From positions 4,974-68,973 of the IMG/VR virus record IMGVR_UViG_3300025120_000036: a stretch of 64,000 nucleotides of DNA. One strand, given 5' to 3'. This DNA is from a virus. The position numbers and the translations under genes are program-made. The notes beneath the pieces were generated by a model, which worked only from the letters and a program-made list of their open reading frames with translations, had not been told where the DNA came from and ran no database searches. Shown here one piece after another: positions 38,527 through 49,067 of this stretch. How positions within the stretch are numbered: position 1 is the first letter of the stretch; every line of letters starts with the position of its first letter.

Positions 38527-39936
38527 ATGCCTACGGTAACTAAAACATTCACCTACTCAGGTACAACACAAAATTTAACAGTGCCAGCTGGCACAACTTC
38601 AGCGGCCATTTACCTTTGGGGTGGCGGCGGAGGCGGCGGAGGCGGCGACCAAGCTGGTTCAGGAAGAACCGGTTCAGGCAGTCAACACACCAAACACACA
38701 GCATTATCTCTAACAGCTTACGTAGGACAATTAATGTCAGTAGGTGTTGGCGGTGGTGGAGCAGGTGGATCAGCTGGAGGCAGTGCACCAGGAGGTGCAA
38801 ACGGAAAAAGTTTAACAGGCTACTCAGGAGGAGTAGGTGGTACTTCAGGTCCTCGAGGATCATCAGGTGCTGGTGGAGGTGGCGGAGGAGCCACAGTCAT
38901 CACAATGGACGGTACATCAATCATGATCGCAGGAGGCGGTGGTGGAGGTGCTGGTGACGGAAAAAGTGGAGTAGGTACTGCAGGAATAAATTCAAACTCA
39001 GCAACAGGAAATTCACCAGGCACACTGGGAGAAAATGGAGCCAATCACTCAGGAGACGGTGGTGCGGGTGGTGCCGGAGGCGGAGGCGCTGACGGTGGCA
39101 AAGGCGGAAATGGTGGATCGGGTGACGTTGGAGGCACAGGCGGCTTTACAGGTTCTAATCAATTGCCATCAGGAGCATCAGAAATTAATCCATCAGGATC
39201 GGTGCCAGGTGGTACAGGAGACGCTAGATATCAATCAGGCGTTGGAGTTGGCGGAGCTTCAGGTTCATCAGGCGGCAACGGTCTAGCAGTTATTATTTTT
39301 ACAATAAGTCCAGAATCATTTGTAAAAATTGGAGGAACTTGGAAATCAATAACAGAAATTTACAGTAAAATTGGTGGAGCATGGAAAAAAATTACAGCAG
39401 GCTATATTAAAATAGGCGGAGCCTGGAAAGCAATTTTTAATTCAGGAATAGAATTTAATTCAACAGCGGCAGATTTTGGTGATAGTTCAGGAGGTTCAAC
39501 TTCTGGATCAGCAGGATCAGGCGGTGGTGGAGGTGGCGGCGGTGGACGTGTTATATGTACATGGTTGCAGAACAAAGGTATGTTCACTGTACAAGATTTA
39601 CAAATAGATACAGAATTTTCAGTGAAACATTTAGGCAGAACAACAAAAATTGGATACTGGTTCTGGGCTATACCGCTTGTTAGCTATATGCAAAATTCAG
39701 CAGAAACAAAATCATGGTTTGGTAACCTAGTAATAAATGTTATTAAAGTATTAGCTCAAGCAAGAGCAAATGAACTAGCTTATCAAATGGGCAAACGATC
39801 CAAGGGAGATATTTTAGGGAAATTTACAAGATGGATAGGAGAATCCTTCTGTTTTGGCATAGGTCTAATGGTTAGACCTTTTGTGGAGCATAAATTTGGC
39901 GAATGGCTAGAAATATATGATCCGGAGATTAGATAA
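38527..39936 (+). CDS. Glycine-rich fibre-tip/adhesin-like protein with C-terminal G-linker-VICT domain
   Basis: Poly-Gly tracts, three KIGG.WK repeats, GGGGGGGRVICTWL domain. Confidence 0.7.
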   Translation: MPTVTKTFTYSGTTQNLTVPAGTTSAAIYLWGGGGGGGGGDQAGSGRTGSGSQHTKHTALSLTAYVGQLMSVGVGGGGAGGSAGGSAPGGANGKSLTGYSGGVGGTSGPRGSSGAGGGGGGATVITMDGTSIMIAGGGGGGAGDGKSGVGTAGINSNSATGNSPGTLGENGANHSGDGGAGGAGGGGADGGKGGNGGSGDVGGTGGFTGSNQLPSGASEINPSGSVPGGTGDARYQSGVGVGGASGSSGGNGLAVIIFTISPESFVKIGGTWKSITEIYSKIGGAWKKITAGYIKIGGAWKAIFNSGIEFNSTAADFGDSSGGSTSGSAGSGGGGGGGGGRVICTWLQNKGMFTVQDLQIDTEFSVKHLGRTTKIGYWFWAIPLVSYMQNSAETKSWFGNLVINVIKVLAQARANELAYQMGKRSKGDILGKFTRWIGESFCFGIGLMVRPFVEHKFGEWLEIYDPEIR

Positions 39937-39954
39937 TTACAATAAGGAGTAAAC

Positions 39955-40131
39955 ATGGCAACAAAACAAGAAGTAGCAGATTATATTAACGCTAACTATC
40001 AGACTGTTTTAACAGCAGAGGAAATAGGCAAAATAGACGCGGCTTTAAATCCTGAATTAGCAACAATATTGATCAAACTTTTAGGTGACGTTAGTTTTTT
40101 AACATTTATTAGAGATAACGGATCAAACTAG
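39955..40131 (+). CDS. Small hypothetical protein (58 aa, not in ORF track)
   Basis: Strong RBS AAGGAG; MATKQEVADYINANYQTVLTAEEIGKIDAALNPELATILIKLLGDVSFLTFIRDNGSN; fills the intergenic gap. Confidence 0.8.
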   Translation: MATKQEVADYINANYQTVLTAEEIGKIDAALNPELATILIKLLGDVSFLTFIRDNGSN

Positions 40132-40139
40132 GAAATTAA

Positions 40140-41753
40140 ATGGCGTACACAATAAACAATACATTAGGGGCAACTCTAGTTACACTAGCAGATGGTACAA
40201 TTGATACCACGACTACTGATCTTACACTTATAGGAAAAGGTTATGCTGGATTTGGTGAACGTCTTAATGAAAATTTTATTAAAGTTTTAGAAAATTTTTC
40301 AAATACTTCTGAACCTTCAAATAAAATTAAAGGTCAATTATGGTATGATGCATTAAACAACCAACTTAATGTTTACACAGGATCAAAGTTTAAACCAGTA
40401 GGTTCAACTACAAATTCTGCAACACAACCAACTAATGGTGTAACTGGTGATATGTGGTTTGATACAACCAATGCACAACTTTACATTTACAACGGTACAA
40501 CATGGACACTTATAGGACCAACAACAGTGACTGGTTCTGGTGTTACTCAGGTTGTTTCTGAAGCTATTGAAGATGGAGTTGGAGTACAAAAAAGTATTTT
40601 ACGTTTTGTAACCAATGACGTAAATGTTATGATTGCATCAGCAGAAACTTTTACGCCAGGCACTGCAATATCAGGATTTTCTACAATTACAAAAGGACTT
40701 AACATTTCAACTGCAATAGCAGATGCTAAATTTACAGGCACATCTACAGATTCTGACAAGCTAGGTGGAATTGCAGTAGCAAACTTTTTAAGATCAAACG
40801 CCAATGACACTACATCAGGTACATTAGGTGTTTTAAATGATGACGGAATAACAATAGGTGCAGGATCAGATGTTACAATGTCATTATCTTCAGACAACTT
40901 TACTCTTGCAAACACAACACAAGACAAAGATATTAAAATTCAAATAAATGATGGTGGTTCAACAAAAACTCCAATTGAAATTACTGGAGCAACTGGTAAC
41001 ATTACACTTACAGGCGATACTAGCATTGTAGGAAATCTGGAAGTTACAGGTTCAACCACAATAGTAAACACAACTACACTATCAATCGAAGACAACATTA
41101 TAGAATTAAACAGAAATGTATCTGGAAATTCTGGTATGCCAGCTTACACAGGATTAAAAGTAAACAGAGGTGAGTCATCAACAGCCATAGAACAAGATTT
41201 ATACTGGGTATGGGACGAAACTTTTGCTGACGATACCACAACAACATACGGAAATGCAGGCGGGGCCTGGACAGCGTTCAAATCAGGTGGTGGTGACGAA
41301 ATGTCAGCTCCTACTTTAGTAGATTTACGAGCCAACATAGTACACGCAGTATCAACAGGGGCTCAATATGCTGACTTGGCAGAGCGTTATGCCGCAGATG
41401 TTCCTATGGAGGTTGGTGATGTAGTTGAACTAGGTGGTACAAAAGAAGTTACAAAATGTGTTACAGTAAAATCAACAAAAGTTTTTGGTGTTATATCTGA
41501 ATTTCCAGCATTTTTAATGAATAAAGATGCAGGCAATAACGATTCACATCCAATGATTGCATTAAAAGGACGAGTAAGAGTCAAAGTTATAGGCACGGGT
41601 GAAAAAGGTGATAGAATTGTGTCTGCAGGCAACGGTGAAGCCATGGTTGCGCCATTAGAAGACTGCACTGCGTTTAATGTAGTAGGCCGATTAATACTTG
41701 ATAAATACAACACAGAAACAGAATTACACGAATGCGTAATAGGAGTTAAATAA
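40140..41753 (+). CDS. Tail fibre protein with C-terminal peptidase G2-like chaperone (paralog)
   Basis: MAYTINNT...GQLWYD; C-terminal YADLAERY...PAFLMN...IALKGRV. Confidence 0.75.
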   Translation: MAYTINNTLGATLVTLADGTIDTTTTDLTLIGKGYAGFGERLNENFIKVLENFSNTSEPSNKIKGQLWYDALNNQLNVYTGSKFKPVGSTTNSATQPTNGVTGDMWFDTTNAQLYIYNGTTWTLIGPTTVTGSGVTQVVSEAIEDGVGVQKSILRFVTNDVNVMIASAETFTPGTAISGFSTITKGLNISTAIADAKFTGTSTDSDKLGGIAVANFLRSNANDTTSGTLGVLNDDGITIGAGSDVTMSLSSDNFTLANTTQDKDIKIQINDGGSTKTPIEITGATGNITLTGDTSIVGNLEVTGSTTIVNTTTLSIEDNIIELNRNVSGNSGMPAYTGLKVNRGESSTAIEQDLYWVWDETFADDTTTTYGNAGGAWTAFKSGGGDEMSAPTLVDLRANIVHAVSTGAQYADLAERYAADVPMEVGDVVELGGTKEVTKCVTVKSTKVFGVISEFPAFLMNKDAGNNDSHPMIALKGRVRVKVIGTGEKGDRIVSAGNGEAMVAPLEDCTAFNVVGRLILDKYNTETELHECVIGVK

Positions 41754-41757
41754 CAAT

Positions 41758-42756
41758 ATGGGATATGTAGCAGGCGAAACAATTTTAGACGACGAATATG
41801 TAAATTTCCTTAATGGAACTGATCCAGCGGGTATAAATCACATAATGGGTACAGGCACAGGAAACCAAGGTCTAGGACAAACAGGAATTGGAGCCGTAGT
41901 GGCAGGAGATACTATTACAGCGGCACAATGGAACGCTTTATTCACAGCAATGACTAACATTGCGAACCACGTTAATAGATCAGTCACATCAAATGTTGCG
42001 AGAGCGGCTGGACAAGATGTTGCAGTAGTATCTGCAATAGTAACAGATTTGGCTAACATAGCATCAGACGTAGCAGGTGGATCAGTAAATGCTACAGATG
42101 GCTTAACAGCAGGCAGTGAAGACCTATCATTAGTTGCTAACAAAGTTTACGATAAAGCACACGTCACAGAAGCATCATTTACTTTTGCTGGCGGTGACGA
42201 AACAAGATTCTTTTTTAATGCAGGCGGAAAATTAAGAGTACTTTTTACAAACACAGCAACAGGGTCAACAGGCAGAGACACAGCATTGAGCGCCGTAATT
42301 TCAGCCCTAGGAAATTTTGATATGGGAGCAACAGTGTCAACTAGATCAGGTTCAGGTGAAACTATTGTAACAAATGGTTTAGCAAAGGGTTACTTTGATT
42401 TGACAACTTCATACCAAACACTAATTAAATTGGCAGACGCGGCAGGCATATACACTAGTAATACAGTTTTTGCATCAGTAGAAGCAAAATGTGGCGCAGG
42501 TGCACACGCAGACGGCAGAGGTAACACCGGTAACGTTATTACATTGAAATGTACAGCATCAGTAGATGACGGATCATCTTACACGGATTATCACGCACAA
42601 AACTTAGATTCAAGACCAGCTGAAGACGAATCAGTAGGACCAACCGACTGGTCATTCAGAACAGTAGACCCAAACACTAGTGACGGATTAAACCCAGTTT
42701 ACACTTCGATATCAGTAGCTTCAGTATCTAATACTACCACAGACAACGACGATTAA
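41758..42756 (+). CDS. Virion structural protein
   Basis: I.A.QW..L, R.FFNAGG motifs; Thr/Ala/Gly-rich; last gene of the late operon. Confidence 0.6.
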   Translation: MGYVAGETILDDEYVNFLNGTDPAGINHIMGTGTGNQGLGQTGIGAVVAGDTITAAQWNALFTAMTNIANHVNRSVTSNVARAAGQDVAVVSAIVTDLANIASDVAGGSVNATDGLTAGSEDLSLVANKVYDKAHVTEASFTFAGGDETRFFFNAGGKLRVLFTNTATGSTGRDTALSAVISALGNFDMGATVSTRSGSGETIVTNGLAKGYFDLTTSYQTLIKLADAAGIYTSNTVFASVEAKCGAGAHADGRGNTGNVITLKCTASVDDGSSYTDYHAQNLDSRPAEDESVGPTDWSFRTVDPNTSDGLNPVYTSISVASVSNTTTDNDD

Positions 42757-42771
42757 GAAATAATTTACCAG

Positions 42772-42800
42772 TTGTATTTTACAATAATTAACTGTATAAT
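42772..42800 (+). promoter_or_regulatory. Sigma70 promoter heading the modification cluster (likely leaderless mRNA)
   Basis: TTGTAT-17 nt-TATAAT; ATG 42807 lies 6 nt after the -10 box. Confidence 0.7.
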
Positions 42801-42806
42801 ACAGTT

Positions 42807-43121
42807 ATGGATATTGGCAAACTTAAAAAGTATTCGGATCTAGCACATGATCTCGCACAAACAAAACGTAACGCTCTAGAAAAATGTAGAGCGAGGCAAA
42901 TAATTGCCTACAATGGACGTTTGTTTAATGCGGACGCAAACACAATCAATATAGTTTCTACATTCAAAGCTCATGCAAAAAAATTTGTTATGCTTGATGT
43001 AAACGATAATCCTTGTGAAATAACAGATCCAGATGCATTTTTAACACAACTTATACAAAGGAACCAAGAGACACTTAATACCTACAACCAATTATTCATA
43101 GCTTTAAAAAATAAAGGCTAA
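42807..43121 (+). CDS. Hypothetical protein
   Basis: 104 aa ORF directly after the promoter. Confidence 0.7.
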   Translation: MDIGKLKKYSDLAHDLAQTKRNALEKCRARQIIAYNGRLFNADANTINIVSTFKAHAKKFVMLDVNDNPCEITDPDAFLTQLIQRNQETLNTYNQLFIALKNKG

Positions 43122-43122
43122 A

Positions 43123-43650
43123 ATGATTATTGAAAAAATTAAGGCTCAGGTTGAAATACCTTTTATAAATTTTCAATTAGATAATTTTTCTGATTATCGT
43201 AAAGATATTATTTCTAGCATCAAAAAAGAAGCGGTTGCAAATTCTTTTGAGAAACTTTCACAAGGAAAAAGAACTCCATGGCACATTATAAAATATAATT
43301 CAATTAAATGGTTAGCAGATCAAGTGACAAACGCAATTGGCAAATTTGATAAACGGCAAGAAGGAGCACTTGTGTGTAAGGAAATATGGGGTATAGTCTA
43401 TCAAGGCAAAGATAATCATAAGAGTCATAATCATTATCCTGCAACTTGGAGTGCTGTTGCTTACATAGATTGTCCAGAAGGCAGTGGAAATACTGTGTGG
43501 CCTAACTTAAAAAAAACTATAAAACCACAAGATGGATCAGTTTGTGTCTTTCCAGGTTGGCTAAATCATCATGTAGAACCATCTATAGATGATGTTGAAA
43601 GAATAATAGTGTCATGCAACGTATATTCAAAGAGGCAAATAAATGAGTAA
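43123..43650 (+). CDS. Putative 2OG-Fe(II) oxygenase
   Basis: H.H (SHNH), WSAVAY, FPGWL.H.V, RI.VS.N motifs. Confidence 0.75.
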   Translation: MIIEKIKAQVEIPFINFQLDNFSDYRKDIISSIKKEAVANSFEKLSQGKRTPWHIIKYNSIKWLADQVTNAIGKFDKRQEGALVCKEIWGIVYQGKDNHKSHNHYPATWSAVAYIDCPEGSGNTVWPNLKKTIKPQDGSVCVFPGWLNHHVEPSIDDVERIIVSCNVYSKRQINE

Positions 43651-44407
43651 AGGTGTATTATTATATTGTTTTGATACAAACCATACACAGTATCATAAAC
43701 TTGCATTGCGTTGTATTGATTTTATTAATAAAAATTTAAAACTTCCTGTGACAGTGGTAACTGATCATACAACACATAGACATTTCCCACAGTTTGCAGG
43801 CGTATGCTATCATGTTATAAAAAACAAAACTAACAATAATAGATTGTACAGAGGTAAAACAGTGCCGTGGCACAACGAAGAAAGATCAAATGCCTATGAT
43901 CATTCACCATACGATACCACATTGTTAATTGACTGTGACTTTTTTCCTTACACAGATAACTTGGCACAATACATGGATACTGATTATGATTTTTTATGTC
44001 ATAATACTGTGCATGATGCTACTGGGGTATTTCAAATATTGTCCAAAAATGAATCTGTTCTGCCAATTGTATGGGCAACAGTTTGTATTTTTAAAAAAAA
44101 TGAAAATGTAAAAGCACTGTTTGACACTTTTAAAATGGTGCAACAAAATTACGAGCATTACAGACAGATGTATAGAATTACACACAAAAATTTCCGTAAT
44201 GATTACGCTTTGGCAATAGCTTTGCACCAATGCAATGGCCACACTAAAAATTTTAATTACTTTCCAACTCCTATGATAATGCTTCCACTAGATGTAGATG
44301 TTTTAGAAATGGACGATACAACTGTAACTTACAGATACAGACGTTGTGTAGGAGTAATAGAGAATCAAGATGTACACATTTTAGACAAGGAGTTTTGCAA
44401 TGAGTAA
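43643..44407 (+). CDS. GT-A fold glycosyltransferase-like protein (GT8-like)
   Basis: SPYD.TLL.DCD (DxD), WATV..F.K, RND.A motifs. Confidence 0.65.
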   Translation: MSKGVLLYCFDTNHTQYHKLALRCIDFINKNLKLPVTVVTDHTTHRHFPQFAGVCYHVIKNKTNNNRLYRGKTVPWHNEERSNAYDHSPYDTTLLIDCDFFPYTDNLAQYMDTDYDFLCHNTVHDATGVFQILSKNESVLPIVWATVCIFKKNENVKALFDTFKMVQQNYEHYRQMYRITHKNFRNDYALAIALHQCNGHTKNFNYFPTPMIMLPLDVDVLEMDDTTVTYRYRRCVGVIENQDVHILDKEFCNE

Positions 44408-45215
44408 AGGATTTGTTTGGTTTGCATTAAACAATGCAAAAACTGATTATGTTAAATTAAGCGAACGTTTAGGTGGAGCAATTAAAAAGTATAATAAAAA
44501 TAATCAAACTTGTATTATCACAGACAATCATATGCTTCAGATTCCTAATGCTGTAAAAAATATTGATAGAGTAATTTTAATTAATGAAAATACAAATCCT
44601 CATGAAGAATGGAATTTAAGCAATGAATGGCAGGTTTTTAATTTAACTCCTTTTACCCATACTATTAAATTAGAAGCTGATATGTTATTGGATTGCAATA
44701 TTGATTATTGGTGGAATTATTTGCATCAGCATGATATGATATTCAGTTGGAATTGCAGAAACTTTCAAGATGAAATTATTACTAGCACTCCTTATAGAGA
44801 TCTTTTTAAACAAAATAATTTACCAAACATTTACAGCAGTCTGACTTACTTTCGTAGATCAGTGTTTGCTGATAAATTTTATCAGTTGTGCAGAGACATC
44901 ACAAAAAATTGGAAACAAGTACAAGAAACTTGCCTTGTAAAATGTTATGACAAGCAACCAACAACGGATGTTGTTTACGCACTAGCTTTAAAAATAATGG
45001 ATCCAATGAATGATAAAAAAATTGATTTTGATTTTTTTAAGTTTGTACACAATAAAAAAGCTGTAAATAAAATATCAAGAAGTGTTGACACAGACGATTA
45101 TTTGTATCCAATGATTACAGATAACAAATTATATGTAGGTGGATACAAAATGAATAGACTGTGGCACTATCATAATAAAAATATACCGGAGGATTTAGAT
45201 GCCAGGATTTTATGA
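44400..45215 (+). CDS. GT-A fold glycosyltransferase-like protein (paralog)
   Basis: TPF..TIKLEADML, TD..YALA, F.H.K, HYH.K motifs. Confidence 0.65.
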   Translation: MSKGFVWFALNNAKTDYVKLSERLGGAIKKYNKNNQTCIITDNHMLQIPNAVKNIDRVILINENTNPHEEWNLSNEWQVFNLTPFTHTIKLEADMLLDCNIDYWWNYLHQHDMIFSWNCRNFQDEIITSTPYRDLFKQNNLPNIYSSLTYFRRSVFADKFYQLCRDITKNWKQVQETCLVKCYDKQPTTDVVYALALKIMDPMNDKKIDFDFFKFVHNKKAVNKISRSVDTDDYLYPMITDNKLYVGGYKMNRLWHYHNKNIPEDLDARIL

Positions 45216-45501
45216 GGCTTTTAATAATTGGAAACACGTAGATAAAAAACATTTTGTTACAATAGCTGACAAAAAAATTGAAGTGTCTTTACAAAAAAAA
45301 CTTGAGATAGACAGGCACGGAGTTGAAAAGTACGAGTTAGTTGACGGTGTTGTAAAACTTAAATTGATAGCAACAGTCAATATTCCACAAACTGAATTAG
45401 TAAAGGCTGAAAAAGGATACAAGTTTTATGGAAAAAATCCTTTTTGGGTTGAATCAATTGGAGATAACGGACACATATGGAAAACAAAACAAAAGTCTTA
45501 G
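45199..45501 (+). CDS. Hypothetical protein
   Basis: 100 aa ORF overlapping both neighbours in operon fashion. Confidence 0.65.
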   Translation: MPGFYEAFNNWKHVDKKHFVTIADKKIEVSLQKKLEIDRHGVEKYELVDGVVKLKLIATVNIPQTELVKAEKGYKFYGKNPFWVESIGDNGHIWKTKQKS

Positions 45502-46373
45502 ATTTAGATTTTGTATTCATTAGTTACAAAGAACCTAACTGTGAAGAAAATTATGCTGATCTACTTAATAAAGTACCATGGGCAAAACGTGTCCATGGTG
45601 TAAAAGGATTTGATACAGCACACAAGGCCGCGGCCGATGTTGCTGAAACTGATTTTTTTATTTCAATTGATGGCGACAATATTATTGATGAATCTTTTTT
45701 ATTAGAAACAATGGATTGGTTTAAAACGGATCCAAAATTTGTACATCGTTGGCGAGCAAGGAACAGTGTCAATGGTTTAGTTTATGGCAATGGAGGTTTG
45801 GTAGGTTGGCACAAAGAAACTGTGCGACATATGAAAACTCACGAGAATGCAATTATCACAGACCACGTAGCAAAAAAAGACTTTTGTTGGACTGTTCCTC
45901 ACGCAAATTTGCACAACTGTTATTCAACAACAGTTATAAACACAACGCCAATGCAGGCATTTATGGCTGGTTACAGAGAAGGAGTAAAATTAAGCATGGA
46001 TCGTGGAGCTAGAGTTGACCCAAGAGAATTTACAAAAAAAATTGTAAAGAGCAACTTGGTTAAATTAATGAGCTGGATGACTGTTGGAGCAGATGTTGAC
46101 AACGGACTATACGCTATGTTGGGAGCAAGGGTAGGCTGTTATGAATTAGCGGTGGCGGACAAAGCCAGTGAATTAGGACTAGATCAATTAGAGGAACTTT
46201 ACAATGGCAGGTGTACAATTCCTATTTTAGATAATTTAAAACAATACAAAGGATCTCTGAATAATAGATTGGGTCTCAACATTGTTGATTTAGATGAGTC
46301 CAGCAGTAAATTTTTTAAATTTATACAACCAAGTCATAGCAATCGTAAAATACAGACAGGTGAACATGAGTAA
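45477..46373 (+). CDS. Glycosyltransferase-like protein
   Basis: FISY.EP, RVHGVKG...AH..AA, IDGDN, NGL.YGNGG, AG.REGVKL motifs. Confidence 0.65.
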   Translation: MENKTKVLDLDFVFISYKEPNCEENYADLLNKVPWAKRVHGVKGFDTAHKAAADVAETDFFISIDGDNIIDESFLLETMDWFKTDPKFVHRWRARNSVNGLVYGNGGLVGWHKETVRHMKTHENAIITDHVAKKDFCWTVPHANLHNCYSTTVINTTPMQAFMAGYREGVKLSMDRGARVDPREFTKKIVKSNLVKLMSWMTVGADVDNGLYAMLGARVGCYELAVADKASELGLDQLEELYNGRCTIPILDNLKQYKGSLNNRLGLNIVDLDESSSKFFKFIQPSHSNRKIQTGEHE

Positions 46374-47727
46374 AAGTGTATACCAAAAAGCGGCAGACGA
46401 TGCCAAAACAAAACTTGATACTGTGTCGCCAACATTTTGTTTGGCCAAGTGGAATCAAGTAAGTCTGCATCTGCCAACAGGAATGACAAATTCTTGTTAT
46501 CACCCACCATTGCACAACATTGATGCCAAAGAATTAGAAAAGAATCCAGCCGCACTGCACAACACCAAACAAAAGTTAGCTGAAAGAGAACAAATGCTCA
46601 AAGGCAAAAGACCAGCTGGTTGCAGTTATTGTTGGAACATTGAAGACACCGGCGGCACGTCAGACAGAATTTATCGTTCAGGAGAACCCTGGGCGATCCA
46701 AGATTTTGAGTCAATTGTTGGAAAACCTATAGACTCAGAATGGACACCGAGATACGTGGAAGTAAACTTTAATAATGCTTGTAATTTCAAGTGCAGTTAT
46801 TGTTCACCACAGTTCTCAACAACGTGGGGCAAGGAGATTGACAGGTATGGCCAATATCCCACATCTCCTCCCCACAATGCTCCAGAACACTTTCAGGGCA
46901 GAAGACGTCCAATACCTCACAGAGAAGACAATCCCTATGTAAATGCTTTTTGGAAATGGTGGCCTAAACTGTATCAAAATTTAAAACATTTTCGTATGAC
47001 CGGTGGCGAACCATTAATGGACAAAAACACATACAAAGTATTGGAATACATAATAGATCATCCAAAAAAAGATCTGCATTTGAACGTAACTAGTAATATG
47101 TGTCCCCCAGATAAAAAATTAAAAAACAAATATTTTGACATGATAAAGCGTATATGTTTAGACGAACACGTAGAACATATGATGCAGTTTGTCAGTGTAG
47201 ATGCACATGGTCCACAAGCAGAATACATAAGGCACGGACTTGATTGGAATTATTTTACAGATACAGTGGAAGAATTTTTGTACAGAATACCTGTCCGTAA
47301 CAGTGTGACTTTTATTATAACCTACAATAATCTAAGTGTTACAACACTGGATAAACTGTTAAATTACATACGTGAATTAAGACAAAAATATTCTACAACA
47401 TATCAAAGAGTATGGTTTGATATACCGTTGTTGCGTCAACCAGCTTGGCAACAAATAACATTACTGCCGGAAAGCTATCAAAAAATTCACGAAGACAATA
47501 TATTAATGATGCAAAAACCTGCAGAGGGCTACGGAGCATATAAAGACTTTGAAATTCAAAAAATGCTTCGCAATTTAGCATACTGGCGAAAAAATTTTAA
47601 TGCTGACGCAAAGCAAAAAAATAACTTTTACGCATTTTTTAACGAACACGATCGTAGACGCGGTACTAGTTTTGAAAAAACGTTTCCTGAAATGCAGGAA
47701 TTTTGGCAGGAGTGTAAAAACGCATGA
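46366..47727 (+). CDS. Radical SAM protein with N-terminal Twitch/SPASM-like domain (1 of 5)
   Basis: CNFKCSYC, GGEP; N-terminal FC..KW..SC.HP..C.YCW; likely start ATG 46366. Confidence 0.9.
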   Translation: MSKSVYQKAADDAKTKLDTVSPTFCLAKWNQVSLHLPTGMTNSCYHPPLHNIDAKELEKNPAALHNTKQKLAEREQMLKGKRPAGCSYCWNIEDTGGTSDRIYRSGEPWAIQDFESIVGKPIDSEWTPRYVEVNFNNACNFKCSYCSPQFSTTWGKEIDRYGQYPTSPPHNAPEHFQGRRRPIPHREDNPYVNAFWKWWPKLYQNLKHFRMTGGEPLMDKNTYKVLEYIIDHPKKDLHLNVTSNMCPPDKKLKNKYFDMIKRICLDEHVEHMMQFVSVDAHGPQAEYIRHGLDWNYFTDTVEEFLYRIPVRNSVTFIITYNNLSVTTLDKLLNYIRELRQKYSTTYQRVWFDIPLLRQPAWQQITLLPESYQKIHEDNILMMQKPAEGYGAYKDFEIQKMLRNLAYWRKNFNADAKQKNNFYAFFNEHDRRRGTSFEKTFPEMQEFWQECKNA

Positions 47728-49067
47728 AAGATATAGACTTTAAGAAGCAAGTGTTAGATAGTATTTCTCCAAGTTTTTGTGGAGCAAAATGGTACAATGC
47801 CACTATATGGTTAGGATCAGGAATGACAACAAGCTGTCATCACCCACCTGCACATAAAGTTGATATTGAAAAGGTAAAACTTAATCCAAAACTGCTACAC
47901 AATACACCACAGAAAAAGCAAGACAGAGCTAAAATGATCGCTGGTGAAAGACCAAAAGGTTGTGAATACTGTTGGAAGATAGAGGACATGGGCAGAGATG
48001 CTATTAGTGACAGAGTTTACAAAAGTAAAATATATAAAAATGAAGATCTAACAACAGCTAGCCGTACACCAATTACGGAAGATGTTAACTTGAAAACATT
48101 AGAAATTGCTTTTGATAGAACTTGTAACTTTGCTTGTTCATACTGCAATCCAGCATTTAGTTCAACTTGGGTACGAGATATAAAACAAAAAGGTGCATAT
48201 AAAAATTTAGTATCAGATGGCAGGAATCATTTTACACACAACCATGACGGCGCACAACTTTACAAAGATACAGAAGAAAATCCATATGTTGAAGCATTTT
48301 TTAAATGGTGGGAATCAGATTTACATAAAACATTAGAAGAATTAAGAATTACAGGTGGTGAACCAATGATGAGTCCTAGTTTATGGAGATTGTTAGATTG
48401 GTTTGAAACACAAAAACACAGAGTAAATCCTAAAATGAGATTAGCCATAAATTCTAATCTCGTGCCTAAAAGAGAACTGTTTTGTAAATTTTTAGAGAAA
48501 GTAAAAAATGTACCTAATTTACACATTTATACTTCTAATGAATCAACGTATGAACAATCAAATTACATAAGAGATGGCATGGATTATGTTTCTTGGTATA
48601 CCCATTTGGTGAACTTACCGGATATTAGACCTGCAGGCATTCATAATATGTGTACTGTCAATGCGTTGTGTTTAGAAAGTTTACCTGAATTTTTAGATGA
48701 AATAGTAAAAAATAAAAAAGACTTTAAAAGAATATACAATGTAGATTTAAATTTTACTTTAAATATACTAAGGTTTCCTAGTTTTCAATCACCTTTAATT
48801 TTGCCTGACAATTTGAGAACAAGATTTAAGAAAAATTTACAAAGTTGGTTAGATAAAAATATAGAAGATCTAGAACCAATGGAAGTTGCACACACGTCAA
48901 GATTGATAGATTATTTAGATATAGTAAAAACACCTCATAGCGAGGCATTTAATTTACCAAAACTAAGGCAAGATTTTAAAAATTTCTATAAACAATACGA
49001 CGAAAGAAGAAACAAAAATTTTATTAAAACTTTCCCAATAATAGGAGAATGGTATAATGGCTTATAA
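47724..49067 (+). CDS. Twitch radical SAM protein (2 of 5)
   Basis: CNFACSYC, GGEP, N-terminal Cys cluster. Confidence 0.9.
   Translation: MKDIDFKKQVLDSISPSFCGAKWYNATIWLGSGMTTSCHHPPAHKVDIEKVKLNPKLLHNTPQKKQDRAKMIAGERPKGCEYCWKIEDMGRDAISDRVYKSKIYKNEDLTTASRTPITEDVNLKTLEIAFDRTCNFACSYCNPAFSSTWVRDIKQKGAYKNLVSDGRNHFTHNHDGAQLYKDTEENPYVEAFFKWWESDLHKTLEELRITGGEPMMSPSLWRLLDWFETQKHRVNPKMRLAINSNLVPKRELFCKFLEKVKNVPNLHIYTSNESTYEQSNYIRDGMDYVSWYTHLVNLPDIRPAGIHNMCTVNALCLESLPEFLDEIVKNKKDFKRIYNVDLNFTLNILRFPSFQSPLILPDNLRTRFKKNLQSWLDKNIEDLEPMEVAHTSRLIDYLDIVKTPHSEAFNLPKLRQDFKNFYKQYDERRNKNFIKTFPIIGEWYNGL

Noticed and set aside
38616-38957. Arg/Trp-rich 113-aa ORF resembling a protamine
   Set aside because: Alternative-frame reading of poly-Gly codons in the glycine-rich gene
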